Source: a bacterium
GTDB taxonomy: Bacteria > UBA10199 > 2-02-FULL-50-16 > JAJFLM01
Direction: 5' to 3'
NCBI GenBank assembly: GCA_965216315.1
Contig: CBDCFN010000016.1
Location: 960,001-1,024,000, forward strand
Length of the DNA: 64,000 nucleotides
The translations under genes were made by a program, and so were the position numbers. Shown piece by piece: positions 48,601-58,500 of this stretch (within the stretch, counting starts at the first letter, position 1; the number at the start of each line of letters is the position of its first letter). The notes beneath the pieces were generated by a model. That model was not told where the DNA came from and did no database searches. It saw nothing but the letters and a program-made list of their open reading frames with translations.

Positions 48601-50632
48601 TCTTGGGAATCCGGGAGAGTATATGTCGAAATATCGAAATGGCCTGGATTGATTCCGCCTTTTCTAGATGTGCATTGCCCCATTGAGATGCCGTGCTGAT
48701 GGCAAGCTCCAAATTGCTGCCGCGCAATTCATGATAGGCGCGCACACCTGAATTTTCTTCATAGAGAGTGGCCAATCGATCATGCAATTGCGATCGTTCT
48801 TTTTCAGTGATTTGAGCGTAAAGAATTTCGGCAATGGAGGTGTTTTGAATGTGGTAGGTGCCGTGTTCTGTTTCTCTCTCGATGAGGTTGTGGCGCCTAA
48901 GATCTTCTAACGAAGTGGATATATCTTTTTTATCTACGAGTTTCTGCAGCTGGCTTACTGTCAGCGGTTCTTGGGTGCATGCCAGCCATTTAAGGATTTT
49001 TTGTCCTTCAGTTGACGCCCGCTTGGCGCGTGCCAGCAGTAGTTCACTCAATGCCTCGGATATCTGGACGTCACTGAAGTCAACACCGATATCCTCAAAG
49101 ACGCTTGCTTGCCAGCGTCCGTTTTCATCGAAAAGGGCTCCCGTTTCAATCAGTGAACGGAGCACTTCCGTAACGAGGAGGACATTGCCTTCGGTTCGGT
49201 TCCAGAGTTCATCCAAAAAAGTGTCGGGGGGATCCTCGACACCGGTTAGCGACGTGACATAAGCGGCGACTTCACGTCGGGTGAAGGCCTTTAGTTGAAT
49301 GGGAATCGCATCCGGTTCCGAGAGTATTTCGCTGATTGTCTCAGAGAGTTCATCAGGGGTATCGCACGCCGCGATGATAAGAATGCCGTGTTCTCGTCTC
49401 GTATCTGACTTCAATCGCAAGAGCAGGGCGCTGAGCGTTCGCTGTATTTCCGAGAGCTCACATAACTGGTTGATGTCATCGATAAAGAGGGCCAGTGGTC
49501 TTTTGTCATTCAGGGCCTCTTCGCGGACCTGTTCGCACCAGTGGAGTAATGTGGCGACAGAGTTCTCTTCCGGTTGCCAGCCCGGAATGCCGCTTAGTTC
49601 GCATTCATAACGCATCTCTTTAAGGAAGCGTGTCTTGCCGGTCCCGCGGTCCCCCGAGACGAGGATCAAGCCATGCTTGCGTGTCTTGCGTTCAAAGAGT
49701 TGGCGGCGTTGCTCTCTAAAGAGCCGTTTTTCCTTGATGCGCCCGATAAAGCGCCCTTCGTCCGGGAGGTAAGATAAGAGCGTTTCACGGGTTTCAAGCG
49801 GTATTTTATCAGGAGAATGGGCGCTGATATCTCGAAGAATTTCATCGGCACTTTGATAACGATCGCCGCGGTTCTTCTCCAGCATCCTTAAAAGGATGCG
49901 ATCTAAGAAGGAGGGGATCTCTTTATTAAAGGAGGAGGGGAGCTCCGGTGTAAACGAAAGATGCTTTCTAAAGGTTGCTTGGATGCCTTTGTCACGAAAA
50001 GGATTCTTGCGGGTTAGGCAGTAATAAAAAAGAACGCCGAGTGAATAGATATCCGCGCGCCCATCGGGCCGTTGATGCCGAATGATTTCCGGCGCCATAT
50101 AAGAGGGGGTGCCGACGAGTTGCTCTCCGGGACTCATCGAGGCCAGTCCAAAATCAATGAGTTTTACCTGCCTGGGTGCTTGCTGGGTTACGAGCAGGTT
50201 GGCGGCTTTAACATCTAAATGAAAGATTCGGTACGAATGCAGGTAATTAAATGCGCGTAAAGCCTGAACAAATAGTTCCAAGGCCTCAAGAGGCGAGGTG
50301 TGTTCGGTGGCAGCGTAGAGGTTGACGCCGGCAACGTATTCGGAAGTGAAGTAGAATTGTTGTTTGTCGGGATCAAAACCAAAATCGAGAATGCCGGCGA
50401 TATGAGGGTGGTGGAGCTCTTTAAGAATAGCGAATTCATTTTTGAAGTCGGCAATGGCTTCCGCTTCGTCGGCGAGCGGTTGACCTCGGTTGAGCAGCTT
50501 GAGAGCGACATTTTGGCCATGGAAGCGCGTGAGGTAGACTTGGCTGAAGCTGCCTTGCCCCAGTGGTTCCTCGATCCGATAGTGACCGTCCACAATAGCG
50601 CCGGTAGCGAGTGAATCAGTAAATAGGCTCAT
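45644..50632 (-). CDS. Ser/Thr kinase - P-loop ATPase - TPR - GAF - sigma54 AAA+ activator - HTH fusion (1662 aa)
   Basis: GQGSFSQV, VALK, HLDVKAAN, DFG, YMAPE. Then GDRGTGKT, TPR repeats, GAF, GESGTGKE, GAFTGA, WPGNIREL and C-terminal HTHs. Confidence 0.92.
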   Translation of the reverse strand: MSLFTDSLATGAIVDGHYRIEEPLGQGSFSQVYLTRFHGQNVALKLLNRGQPLADEAEAIADFKNEFAILKELHHPHIAGILDFGFDPDKQQFYFTSEYVAGVNLYAATEHTSPLEALELFVQALRAFNYLHSYRIFHLDVKAANLLVTQQAPRQVKLIDFGLASMSPGEQLVGTPSYMAPEIIRHQRPDGRADIYSLGVLFYYCLTRKNPFRDKGIQATFRKHLSFTPELPSSFNKEIPSFLDRILLRMLEKNRGDRYQSADEILRDISAHSPDKIPLETRETLLSYLPDEGRFIGRIKEKRLFREQRRQLFERKTRKHGLILVSGDRGTGKTRFLKEMRYECELSGIPGWQPEENSVATLLHWCEQVREEALNDKRPLALFIDDINQLCELSEIQRTLSALLLRLKSDTRREHGILIIAACDTPDELSETISEILSEPDAIPIQLKAFTRREVAAYVTSLTGVEDPPDTFLDELWNRTEGNVLLVTEVLRSLIETGALFDENGRWQASVFEDIGVDFSDVQISEALSELLLARAKRASTEGQKILKWLACTQEPLTVSQLQKLVDKKDISTSLEDLRRHNLIERETEHGTYHIQNTSIAEILYAQITEKERSQLHDRLATLYEENSGVRAYHELRGSNLELAISTASQWGNAHLEKAESIQAISIFRHILSRIPKTAKRERIEYLLKLSEASLLALDYAAAEAACDEVSESLKKLKKTEALQEQLDTIIRIGALSLKLGNTEKAQASFDKAQSLITSSEAPLTKQLNLKNFQARVLLQEGNYEEAIKIFRETYLQWKNELSDDEKRRVTNNDLGMAFFSLREYEKALGQFEEDLLFYEKIEDNLLIARGHYNIAEACLVLEEYDQAISHYKNAARYAQQIKNSELLLRAYNGLGNVYHITENAEESTAYYERGLALCERIGDLIGQTALLVNLGTLYSQQQEFAKARMRLELAVSLLRNRPLKSAFEWHSLCRALLELGDMARRQQEWQASLNYLNECHELAKNHVESLKFWALHALTELHLDQNRYLDAEETYSALSSLSLSPDEERKANQLKMKIMQPEPTPQPREPNMSNPYASILKINQFINAESDLDFVLKTVLQYALEFSSAESGLILLHSEDGKLEIKASLNLKNSEDIAEFSRTIAERAMSTGQWITTQDAKVDERFSEESSITGLDIKAVLCLPIRSKQQTIGALYLENRLQKGAFDESNMEVMSAFADQAGIAIANAKTLSQVKASHSNLEAQIVEMSGKLEHYQALLPELQSLSHYEVDGIIGRSKAMKELFSLMDKIADTDLAVYIHGESGTGKELIARALHRHSTRSNKSFVAVNCGAIPENLMESELFGVKAGAFTGASRDKKGLVEEAHGGTLFLDEIAELDLMLQVKLLRLLQEGEFRRVGDTKVLQADIRIVSASNQDLEELVRQEQFREDLFYRLCQIRLDLPALRDRPEDIPLLIDHFISLEKGDKKVRVVSALMKTLIEYPWPGNIRELENLIKVTIALSEKGVIDTTAIPRTHPLSRFMQNPASDVRPAGTTSVAPSPTSTVRIDTHNHYDSQLQWADYERVIIAKALAEHNYQIKATATSLGLAATTMYKKVKEWDLNDKNNPLFSSPFVYSKGKKIADYIPEIFQAALKTCNDKPYQAIEQLGVSPGYFYKMIKRAK

Positions 50633-50762
50633 TGTTCATAAAATGAAACATGTGCATTGATTGAATGCATATTATATACATAGAGCGGTTTTTAGCCTAG
50701 CGCTTAAATAACTTCTCTGTGAATACCTATTTAAATCAAATAGTTACATATATGTCCTCATT

Positions 50763-50778
50763 TGGCACCCATTTTGCT
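50763..50778 (+). promoter_or_regulatory. Sigma54 promoter
   Basis: TGGCACCCATTTTGCT (GG-N10-GC). Palindrome TGCATT-N5-AATGCA about 100 bp upstream (50653-50669). Confidence 0.8.
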
Positions 50779-50799
50779 GTTACTCTCTCGTAAGGAGAT

Positions 50800-52302
50800 G
50801 TGCGCACTATGAATTTCAAACTGAAGCTGCCGATGGGTTTACGCTGGGTCCTGGGAATTCCGTTGTTACTCGTTCTCGCGGGTTGTTTGAGCGGGGCCGG
50901 TGAATCGGCCCCTCCTTTGTCTATTCCTGCGCCGGTGACGGGACGCATTACGGTGAGTTCGCCGGATGATCAAGGGCAGATCGCGGTGATCGGCGAAGAC
51001 AATGCGGTTGATGCCAATGCTCTGGTATTGGCCATCAATACGTCCAATGCGGTAGCGCTATTAAACTTATTCGATAGACTGATTCCCAATGCCTATGCGC
51101 AAACTTTTCCCGAGCGGTGCACTTTCTTGGGGCATGCTTGTACCTTCGCTGATGCTAATGGGGCTTTTGAGATATTACTGCCGGGAGATGAGGATGACGA
51201 TATCGAAATCGTCGTTATCGATTCAATAAATGGCGATGATCTTGGAACGCGCATTGTTAAACGTGTTCCCGCGAATTTCATGCATTTTTTGGATATTCCC
51301 ATCGATATCACAGTCGATTCCCTCGGTGGTTTTCTTTACGTTCTCTTACGGGATCCTGCGGATACGGCGACGGGCAGCCGTATTGTCCGTGTTGACCTCA
51401 CGACGGGGGCACGTGAATCGAACGGCATTGACGGCGTGGACCCCCAGTGTTTGAAGTTTGATTCGGATATGAACGTTCTGACTGCTTTGGATCGGGGCGG
51501 ACAAATGGCCACCATTGCAGACCTGGGTGGGGGCGGTTTTTCTGCGGCTTCGACCGTGAATCTGCCGGCGCCTCCCGTCGATGCGGCTTTAGATACTAAC
51601 GGCTTTGAGCTGTGGGTGACGCTGAATGATACTACCGATGCGATTGCTATCCTCGACACCACGGCTCGAGTCGTATCGGATGTGATCGCGGCGCCGGTCT
51701 TGCCCGGATGGTCTCATCAAGGTTCCCTGGCCATCGATTCGCGTAATATATCGGGATCAGAAGTCATGGGTGTTGTCAGTGAATTTTCTCGCGATGCGGA
51801 TGGTGTCGTTCGATGGGGGGTCTCCTTTTATGATATGGCGACACGGAATCTTGTCAGTGGTCCGACGATCATCAGTGATTCCGGATTGATTACTGATATT
51901 GCCTTCTTTCAAGACGACCAATTCATGCTCCTTGATAATCCAGGGAGTGCCATTATGGGGCTTACGATCCCCGGGCTTGGGGTTTCTGAAGTATCCGACT
52001 TGCCACGCGTCACGGCGGATCCGGCTGGAATTATTAAAGAGCCGGTCCAGGCTGTCATCGTGCATGATCTTATGATGGCCTTTGTCTCGGCACGTAACGG
52101 TGATGAGACTCATCCGGATACGGTCATGAGTATCGATATGAATACTCTCAGCGTCGTGGATGTGACTCCGGTGGGTCTCCGGCCCTCGCGCATGCACTGG
52201 GATCCGAACGCGATGGAGCTCTTTGTCGTCAGTCGAATCAGTCGCAGTGTGACGAGACTCCCGGCAGCGATCCTCCAGCCGGGCAGCACGAATCTCTTCT
52301 AA
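50800..52302 (+). CDS. Lipoprotein with N-terminal beta domain and YncE/YVTN-like beta-propeller
   Basis: Lipobox VLAGC, repeats such as PIDITVD..G..LYV and PVG..P.......ELFV. Confidence 0.75.
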   Translation: MRTMNFKLKLPMGLRWVLGIPLLLVLAGCLSGAGESAPPLSIPAPVTGRITVSSPDDQGQIAVIGEDNAVDANALVLAINTSNAVALLNLFDRLIPNAYAQTFPERCTFLGHACTFADANGAFEILLPGDEDDDIEIVVIDSINGDDLGTRIVKRVPANFMHFLDIPIDITVDSLGGFLYVLLRDPADTATGSRIVRVDLTTGARESNGIDGVDPQCLKFDSDMNVLTALDRGGQMATIADLGGGGFSAASTVNLPAPPVDAALDTNGFELWVTLNDTTDAIAILDTTARVVSDVIAAPVLPGWSHQGSLAIDSRNISGSEVMGVVSEFSRDADGVVRWGVSFYDMATRNLVSGPTIISDSGLITDIAFFQDDQFMLLDNPGSAIMGLTIPGLGVSEVSDLPRVTADPAGIIKEPVQAVIVHDLMMAFVSARNGDETHPDTVMSIDMNTLSVVDVTPVGLRPSRMHWDPNAMELFVVSRISRSVTRLPAAILQPGSTNLF

Positions 52303-52454
52303 ATATATTGGTTCGAAATATACATATTTATTTTGAACTTTCGGAGCAGGTTTTAGTGCGGTGGGTTAGCGCGCGAAACAAGGTCCTCGCTTAACTAGCT
52401 ATAAAATAAGAAAAAAATTTATTTTTTAGAGCTTGGGCGGATTCTGCCTCATGC

Positions 52455-52470
52455 TGGCACTGCACTTGCA
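52455..52470 (+). promoter_or_regulatory. Sigma54 promoter
   Basis: TGGCACTGCACTTGCA (GG-N10-GC), preceded by an A/T tract. Confidence 0.8.
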
Positions 52471-52528
52471 GTATGTACAGGGTATGGCTGTTAACGTTAC
52501 ATATCATGCACAACAAAGGAGGCAAGTC

Positions 52529-52636
52529 ATGGCCACAGTATTCACGATGATGATGGGAGTTACGCTCACGGCACTGTTAGTGGATCTGCTTTCCAGTCTC
52601 GTTGGAACGTCCTTATTAGAGTTGGTGCTTGCTTAA
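52529..52636 (+). CDS. 35-aa hydrophobic small protein
   Basis: AAAGGAGG-6 nt-ATG, MATVFTMMMGVTLTALLVDLLSSLVGTSLLELVLA, just downstream of the sigma54 promoter. Confidence 0.55.
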   Translation: MATVFTMMMGVTLTALLVDLLSSLVGTSLLELVLA

Positions 52637-52674
52637 TTGAGGTCATGATTCAGCGCCGTCCTTAAGGAGGACTC

Positions 52675-53700
52675 ATGTTTGAGCGAATAACAAAAATTGG
52701 TTTGGGTGTATTCGTTCCCATCATTTTAATGGGAACCGGGTGCCCACAACAGGGAATGGAGAGTCCTACGGCTGCCACCGACGGGGAACCGACAAGTCTT
52801 AATGACGACGGTTTCGGGGGTTACAATACTGAAGATGAAGCGACGGCCTTTGGTTTGGATGTAATGAATCAGTTTGCCTCTGATGAGGCAATCGATGACC
52901 CGACAATTGATGAAGCCGAAATAGATGAGATGAGCGCCAGTGGCGACTACGATGCCTACTGGATCCGTCTTGTCTGGGGCAACCTCAAGTTAAATACTCA
53001 TCGGGGTGATGATTATGATGGACCGGTTATTGATTGGACCGGCAGCCTTACCCTTGATGGGGAAGGGGCGCTTATTTTAAGGCGGCTCATTCGATTTGAT
53101 CCCCATGACAGTATCATTGATGAAGACGATCGTAAGTTGGTGTTATGGGAATCATTCACAGGCCCCCACATCGATGGCTTGCTTATTAAGGTGCTGGTTC
53201 CAACAGATCTGACTGATGCTGAATTGACTCTGTTGGCAGGTCCCTTCGAAGCGACAATCACATTCGCGGAACTTGATCAATATAACGAAATTACGATGAT
53301 TGATGATGACGGGAATGGAATGGCCATTGTCGGGCTGAAAGCAGAGGATGATGCTTGTCATGAAGGTTTTATGCAGGGCAAGTACCATTCCCGCACGGAT
53401 CATCCGGGTGGAATCTTTCGTGGCCGTACCGTCAATGAGGCGGGTGTACTGAACGGCTATTTAAGAGGGCATTACGGTATCAATGATCTCGGTGATCAGG
53501 TCTTCTTTGGTAAATACATTAGTGAGACAGGCCACTTTAAGGGGCGCATGCGTGGAACTTACGGTGCAGGCGCTTTTTCAGGAATTTGGGCTAATCTCGC
53601 CGGTACCACCGAAGGCCATCTTAATGGAAAATATGTCACTGGAACCGGCACCAATACCGGTTTCTTCCAAGGTCTCTGGCAGGAGGCCTGTGTCGAATAA
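52675..53700 (+). CDS. Acidic lipoprotein with Gly-rich beta-repeat C-terminus
   Basis: AGGAGG RBS, lipobox-like MGTGC, repeated G.F.G.W/Y strands. Confidence 0.7.
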   Translation: MFERITKIGLGVFVPIILMGTGCPQQGMESPTAATDGEPTSLNDDGFGGYNTEDEATAFGLDVMNQFASDEAIDDPTIDEAEIDEMSASGDYDAYWIRLVWGNLKLNTHRGDDYDGPVIDWTGSLTLDGEGALILRRLIRFDPHDSIIDEDDRKLVLWESFTGPHIDGLLIKVLVPTDLTDAELTLLAGPFEATITFAELDQYNEITMIDDDGNGMAIVGLKAEDDACHEGFMQGKYHSRTDHPGGIFRGRTVNEAGVLNGYLRGHYGINDLGDQVFFGKYISETGHFKGRMRGTYGAGAFSGIWANLAGTTEGHLNGKYVTGTGTNTGFFQGLWQEACVE

Positions 53701-53718
53701 TTCATCTCAACGCTCTCC

Positions 53719-53748
53719 GTGGGGGACGGCTTAGCGGCCGTCCTCCAC
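53719..53748 (+). other. Strong intercistronic hairpin (12-bp stem, no U tract)
   Basis: GTGGGGGACGGC-ttagcg-GCCGTCCTCCAC. Confidence 0.5.
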
Positions 53749-53799
53749 ACCCCTCTCTACTGTGAGGATTATAGGTATTAACATTCGAGGAGGAATGCC

Positions 53800-54474
53800 A
53801 TGGGAAAAATGAAAATTGTTTTGGCAATGGGAATGATGTTGCTTCTTTCCGCGTGTGGTGGAACTGCAGCCAATATTATAGCGGTGACGCTGCAGGCGAT
53901 TGCAGACACTAGTGTCCAGAGCGATGCTCCAGATACAAACTTTGATGACAGTGAGCTTGGGGTCCAAAATTATACCGATGAATTTTCTCGGAGCTACGTG
54001 CTTTTTGATGTCTCATCGATTCCAAATACGGCCACAGTGACCGAAGCTAAAGTTGAGCTTTTTTACTGTAGCTGTGACGGCATCGATGACATCGCTGTCT
54101 TGAGTGCGGCCGACGCCTGGAGTGCGGATACGCTGACCTGGAACAATCAACCGGGAGAGACGGGTTCAGCTCTAGACGTTGTGAATCTCAATCCGGATTT
54201 CCTCAGTGATGGTATGTGTGGCGACGTTGACGACTACGTTGCAACAGCTGGTGGCATGGCCTCGAAAGCGGGCTGGTTTATTACCGACTTAGTGCAAAGC
54301 TGGGTAGATGGCTCAGCTCCTAATGATGGCATTGTCTTTATGGCCGACCCTGAAGAGCAAAATCCAACCCCACCGGGAAAACTCCTCGCTATTTTCGGGA
54401 ATAGCGAAGATTCAGGGAATAACCCCTCCTGTTATAACAACCCGCCCCAATTAATCGTTGAATACGAAAATTAA
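53800..54474 (+). CDS. Lipoprotein with DNRLRE/CBM96-like domain
   Basis: Lipobox LSAC, ADTSV....PDTNF, RSYVLFDVSSIP..ATVTEA, W....LTWNNQP, ITDLVQSW, NDG, PQLIVEY. Confidence 0.8.
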   Translation: MGKMKIVLAMGMMLLLSACGGTAANIIAVTLQAIADTSVQSDAPDTNFDDSELGVQNYTDEFSRSYVLFDVSSIPNTATVTEAKVELFYCSCDGIDDIAVLSAADAWSADTLTWNNQPGETGSALDVVNLNPDFLSDGMCGDVDDYVATAGGMASKAGWFITDLVQSWVDGSAPNDGIVFMADPEEQNPTPPGKLLAIFGNSEDSGNNPSCYNNPPQLIVEYEN

Positions 54475-54477
54475 GCA

Positions 54478-54505
54478 AAGAGGGCGGCCCTAGGGCCGCC
54501 CTCTT
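54478..54505. terminator. Perfect 28-bp palindrome between convergent genes
   Basis: AAGAGGGCGGCCCTAGGGCCGCCCTCTT. Confidence 0.65.
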
Positions 54506-54536
54506 CGCAGGATGTGGGCTTTTGGAGCATAGAACC

Positions 54537-55310
54537 TTATCGGTCGCGTCCACTGCCGCGCTTGAGCTCGTTCTCGATGTCCTCGATTTCATCATCGAGC
54601 TCACCATCGTAGCCGCCGTTTTCATCGTCTTGATCGGTGTCAGCATTGCTTACGAGCAATCCATCAGCATTCGACCATTCGTTGCTGAAGGGTGGGCGCG
54701 GGTCTTCGTCGTCATTATCTCCCGGAGCGATTTCATCGATTCCGTGGGGGTCATCGAACGGTTCGGCGGTAGTCGGGTCTTCAACGCCGCGTGTCGTAAT
54801 CGTCGTTTCACAGGCGACAATCTCGCCGGCGGAATTTTTAATACGGCCCCTGATCGTCTTGACTTCTTCCGTCATGCTGGCTGTGGCCGGGATTATTTTC
54901 GTCGTTGATGCGGGTGTAAAAGCGGTTATTTCTAGGTTTCCATGAAAAGTCAGTAAGCCGGCAACGCCTTCTTCATCGACGCCTTCGGCGGTAAAGGTAA
55001 TCTCATAGGTGCTGCCGATGATCACGACTTCAGCGGATACCGTGACGGTACAGGCCAAAGGTGGTAACGGCTCGGGTTCTTCTGGCATTGTCTCTGCCGT
55101 TTCGCTTTCCTCCACTGCTTCGGTGGGTTCAGGCGTCTCTTCGACCGCTTCAGGGATAACAAAGTCAGGATCATTAACGGCGGGGGCATCGATGATGGTG
55201 GGGTTGAAATTCTGATCCGACACTTCACTAAGTGCTGAGTTGCATCCCGTCAGCGCCATAATGGCGAGACCGAGCAGGCTAAAAAAAGTCAGTGTTTTGG
55301 TATAAGTCAT
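54537..55310 (-). CDS. Acidic Pro/Glu-rich lipoprotein (probable start ATG 55310)
   Basis: GGAG RBS, lipobox LTGC, Ig-like central strands between two Cys, D/E-rich tail. Confidence 0.65.
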   Translation of the reverse strand: MTYTKTLTFFSLLGLAIMALTGCNSALSEVSDQNFNPTIIDAPAVNDPDFVIPEAVEETPEPTEAVEESETAETMPEEPEPLPPLACTVTVSAEVVIIGSTYEITFTAEGVDEEGVAGLLTFHGNLEITAFTPASTTKIIPATASMTEEVKTIRGRIKNSAGEIVACETTITTRGVEDPTTAEPFDDPHGIDEIAPGDNDDEDPRPPFSNEWSNADGLLVSNADTDQDDENGGYDGELDDEIEDIENELKRGSGRDR

Positions 55311-55360
55311 GTTCTTCTCCAATCCTCACGAGCAAATAGGGTTAGCAATACCCCTACACA

Positions 55361-55378
55361 TTGCAGCCGGCGTGCCAG
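55361..55378 (-). promoter_or_regulatory. Sigma54 promoter
   Basis: Minus strand CTGGCACGCCGGCTGCAA (GG-N10-GC), about 50 nt before the lipoprotein start. Confidence 0.7.
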
Positions 55379-55512
55379 GTGGGCCTTGATTTAGAAAATC
55401 TTCTTAACTGTCAGGAATTAAAGGGGAAATTTCTATTAAGCTAAATGGGGCTGATCTCAGGATTGCATGAGAGCGTGCCGTCGAGGCCCCCAAATGGCTC
55501 GAAACGATACAA

Positions 55513-58500
55513 TTATTCTTCACGCGCGACCTTGAGGCGGACCTTGTGTTTGAGGGTGATCAACCAATGCTCCGCAACAAAGTAGATGCACGGCATGGCA
55601 TAGAGGGTAAAGAACATCGCGATAGCGAGGCCCCAGTTCATGGCGAGGGCCATGGGACGGATGAAAGGGTCACTGCCGCCGATTCCGTAGGCGGCGGGGA
55701 CGACACCGAGAAAGGTAGTGAGGGTCGTTAAAAAGATCGGGCGCAGCCGCATTCCCGCACCTTGGGCGATCGCCTCTTTAAGATGCATTCCCTCATCACG
55801 ACTTCTATTGACGAAGATAAATAAGAGAATGCCGGTATCGACGACGATTCCACTCAAGCCGACAATGCCAAGCATGGACATGAAGGTGAAGGGTTCATTG
55901 AGGATCGTGAAGCCAAGGACCACACCGACAAAGCCAAAGGGGATTGCCAGCATCACAACTAAGGTTTGTGAGACGGACTGAAAAGTGATCAATAGGATAA
56001 TAAAAATTAAAATCGCAGCGGCAACAAAGGCCCTCAGGAGGCTTTGTAACGATTCTTGCGTATCCTCGGCTTCACCGCCGAAAGCAATCGAGTAGCCGGG
56101 ATGTTCTTTTTCGACTCCGGTTAAGCGTTTTTCTAAGGCACGGTTGAGCTTCAATGAGGTCGTGACATTTTCATCTATATTAGCGGTGACAGTGACGACT
56201 CTCTTGCTATCAAAATGGCGGATCAGACTCACGCCGGGTGCTTCCCGAAGTGTGGCGACTCTATTTAGCGGGACAAGGTTTTGGGCATTATTTAAGATAA
56301 GCAACGACTCGAGTGCCTTGCGATCATAGCGCATTTTTTCGGGGAGTCGCACAACAACATCAATTTCCTCATCGGCTTTGCGGATCAGGGTCGCAGTCAT
56401 CCCTTCGAAGGCTTGGCGCACAGTGAGAGCAATGTCATTGAAGGTAAGCCCCGCGCGTAAGGCGGCAAGTTCATCGACATCGATCATTAATTCACCTTTG
56501 CCGGGCTCGTAATCGTCTTTGATGTCGTAAACACCATCCATCGTATGGAGCTCTTTTTTGAATTGGTCGGCGATTTTGTTGAGAACCGTGAAGTCTTCAC
56601 CACGGATACGTACCGCGACGGGTTTGCCGACGGGTGGTCCCGGCCGGACAGGATCCAGACGGACTTCTTTGAAGCCCTCAACCTTTTTGATGTCGGGCCG
56701 CATGGATAACATGATCTCATCGGCTTCACGATCGCGTCGGGATTCAGGGCTCAAGTAGACTTGAATCTGGGCCAAATGAGAACCACGGGATGTAAATGGG
56801 TCGTTCGGGTCGTTCTGAGTCAGGCCTATTTGAGTGACGTAGTTGTCGAGCTCAATGTCGGGGAGCTTTTCGACTAAAGCTTCAATCGGTTGCATGAGTT
56901 GTTCCGTTCTTTCGAGCGAGGTGCCGATTTGTCCCTCGGCCCGAATAAAAAAGGCCTCGATTCCCCGTGAAGGAAATAAAATAAATCTCATGCCCAAGAC
57001 AGCCCATAGTATTGCAATAGTCGTAATTGCCAATGCGACTAGAGAACTTTTATATGGGTGAGAGAGGCAAAAACGTAAGGACTGAATGTATTTGCCTCTG
57101 ACTTTATCAAAGAAGTGGTGTGAGCGTCGCTTGACGTAGACAGAATTCTTTCCCTCGCGCATGGGCCGATTTAGGTCCGAGATATGTGAGGGGAGTATAA
57201 TTAAAGCTTCTATCAGCGATGCGGCTAAGGTGATCATGACGACCTTGGGGATGTCGCCGACAAACTTGCCGAAAATTCCTGTCATGAACATCAGCGGCAA
57301 AAAGGCGATAATCGTCGTTAATACAACCGATATAACCGCTTTGGATACTTCGGCGGCACCGCGAATCGCTGCTTTAGCATGAGACATTCCCTCTTCGAGA
57401 TAGCGGGCGATATTCTCCGCCACGACGAGGTCTTCATCAACCAGCATACCGAGGACCATAATAAGACCAAACATTGAAATCAGGTTGATGCTGATGCCAA
57501 AAAATTTCATGGCGGCGATGGCCGTCAATAGCGCAACCGGCATTCCAATCGCAGCTCCGATAGCGACACGAGTTGATAGGAAGAGAATAATAGGAATCAT
57601 GACGAGGATGAGTCCTATCCAGCCATTGGATAAGAGGACATTCAGACGCCGTTTGATGTAATAAGAGATATCGTTGACGTAGGCGATTTGAAGTTTATCC
57701 GTATTACGGCTTTTGAAGTCCTCGATGTGAGTTTGTAAGCGCTTCATTAGACGAATGGCATCGGCTTTGTCTTTCTTGATAATGAGTAAATTGATGGCAG
57801 CGCTTCCATCGGTTCGTTGAATAATTTTAAGCTCTTCAAAACTGTCCCTGACTTCGGCAATATCCGCAATACGAACCCAATTGCCTTCATCGTTAGCGCG
57901 GACGATGACATTATTGACATCGTCAGCCGTTTCAAGTTCGCCGGTTGTACGCAATATCAGTTCTTTGCTTTGGCTTTTTAGGAGTCCACCCGGGACATTC
58001 ACGTTGCGTGCGGCCAAGGCCTGCATGACTTGAGGTAAGGCAATCTCAAATCTCGCCATTTTAACCGGATCGACTTCAACCCAAACCTGTAAATCGCGCA
58101 TGCCTTTGCGAGCAACGCTTGCGACGCCGCTAAGATCAAGGATTTCCGTTTCGAGGTTAACGGCGAGTTGGCGCAGTTCGGTTTCAGTAAGCTCTCCCGA
58201 CAGGGAAACCTCTACAATCGGGGTGTTGCGAACTTGGGCTTCACGAACACGCGGTTCATCACGCAAATCTTCGGGCAGGTCTTGGGCTTCCTCGACGGCG
58301 CGCTGAATGTCATTGACGACGCGGTCATTGTCAGGTGCGTCGGGATCAATCTTCAGGATAATCAATGACAGGCCCTCCACGGAAACCGAGCCCATCTCAT
58401 CGATATCATCCACTTCGCGAAGTTCTTTTTCGAGTGGGATCGTGATGCGTTTTTCGATGACGTCGGGGGAGGCTCCAGGATAATCGGTGCGCACGGTAAC

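Noticed and set aside
55463..55480. Second sigma54-like site CGGCACGCTCTCATGCAA (minus strand)
   Set aside because: GG-to-GC spacing is 11 nt, whereas sigma54 requires 10.
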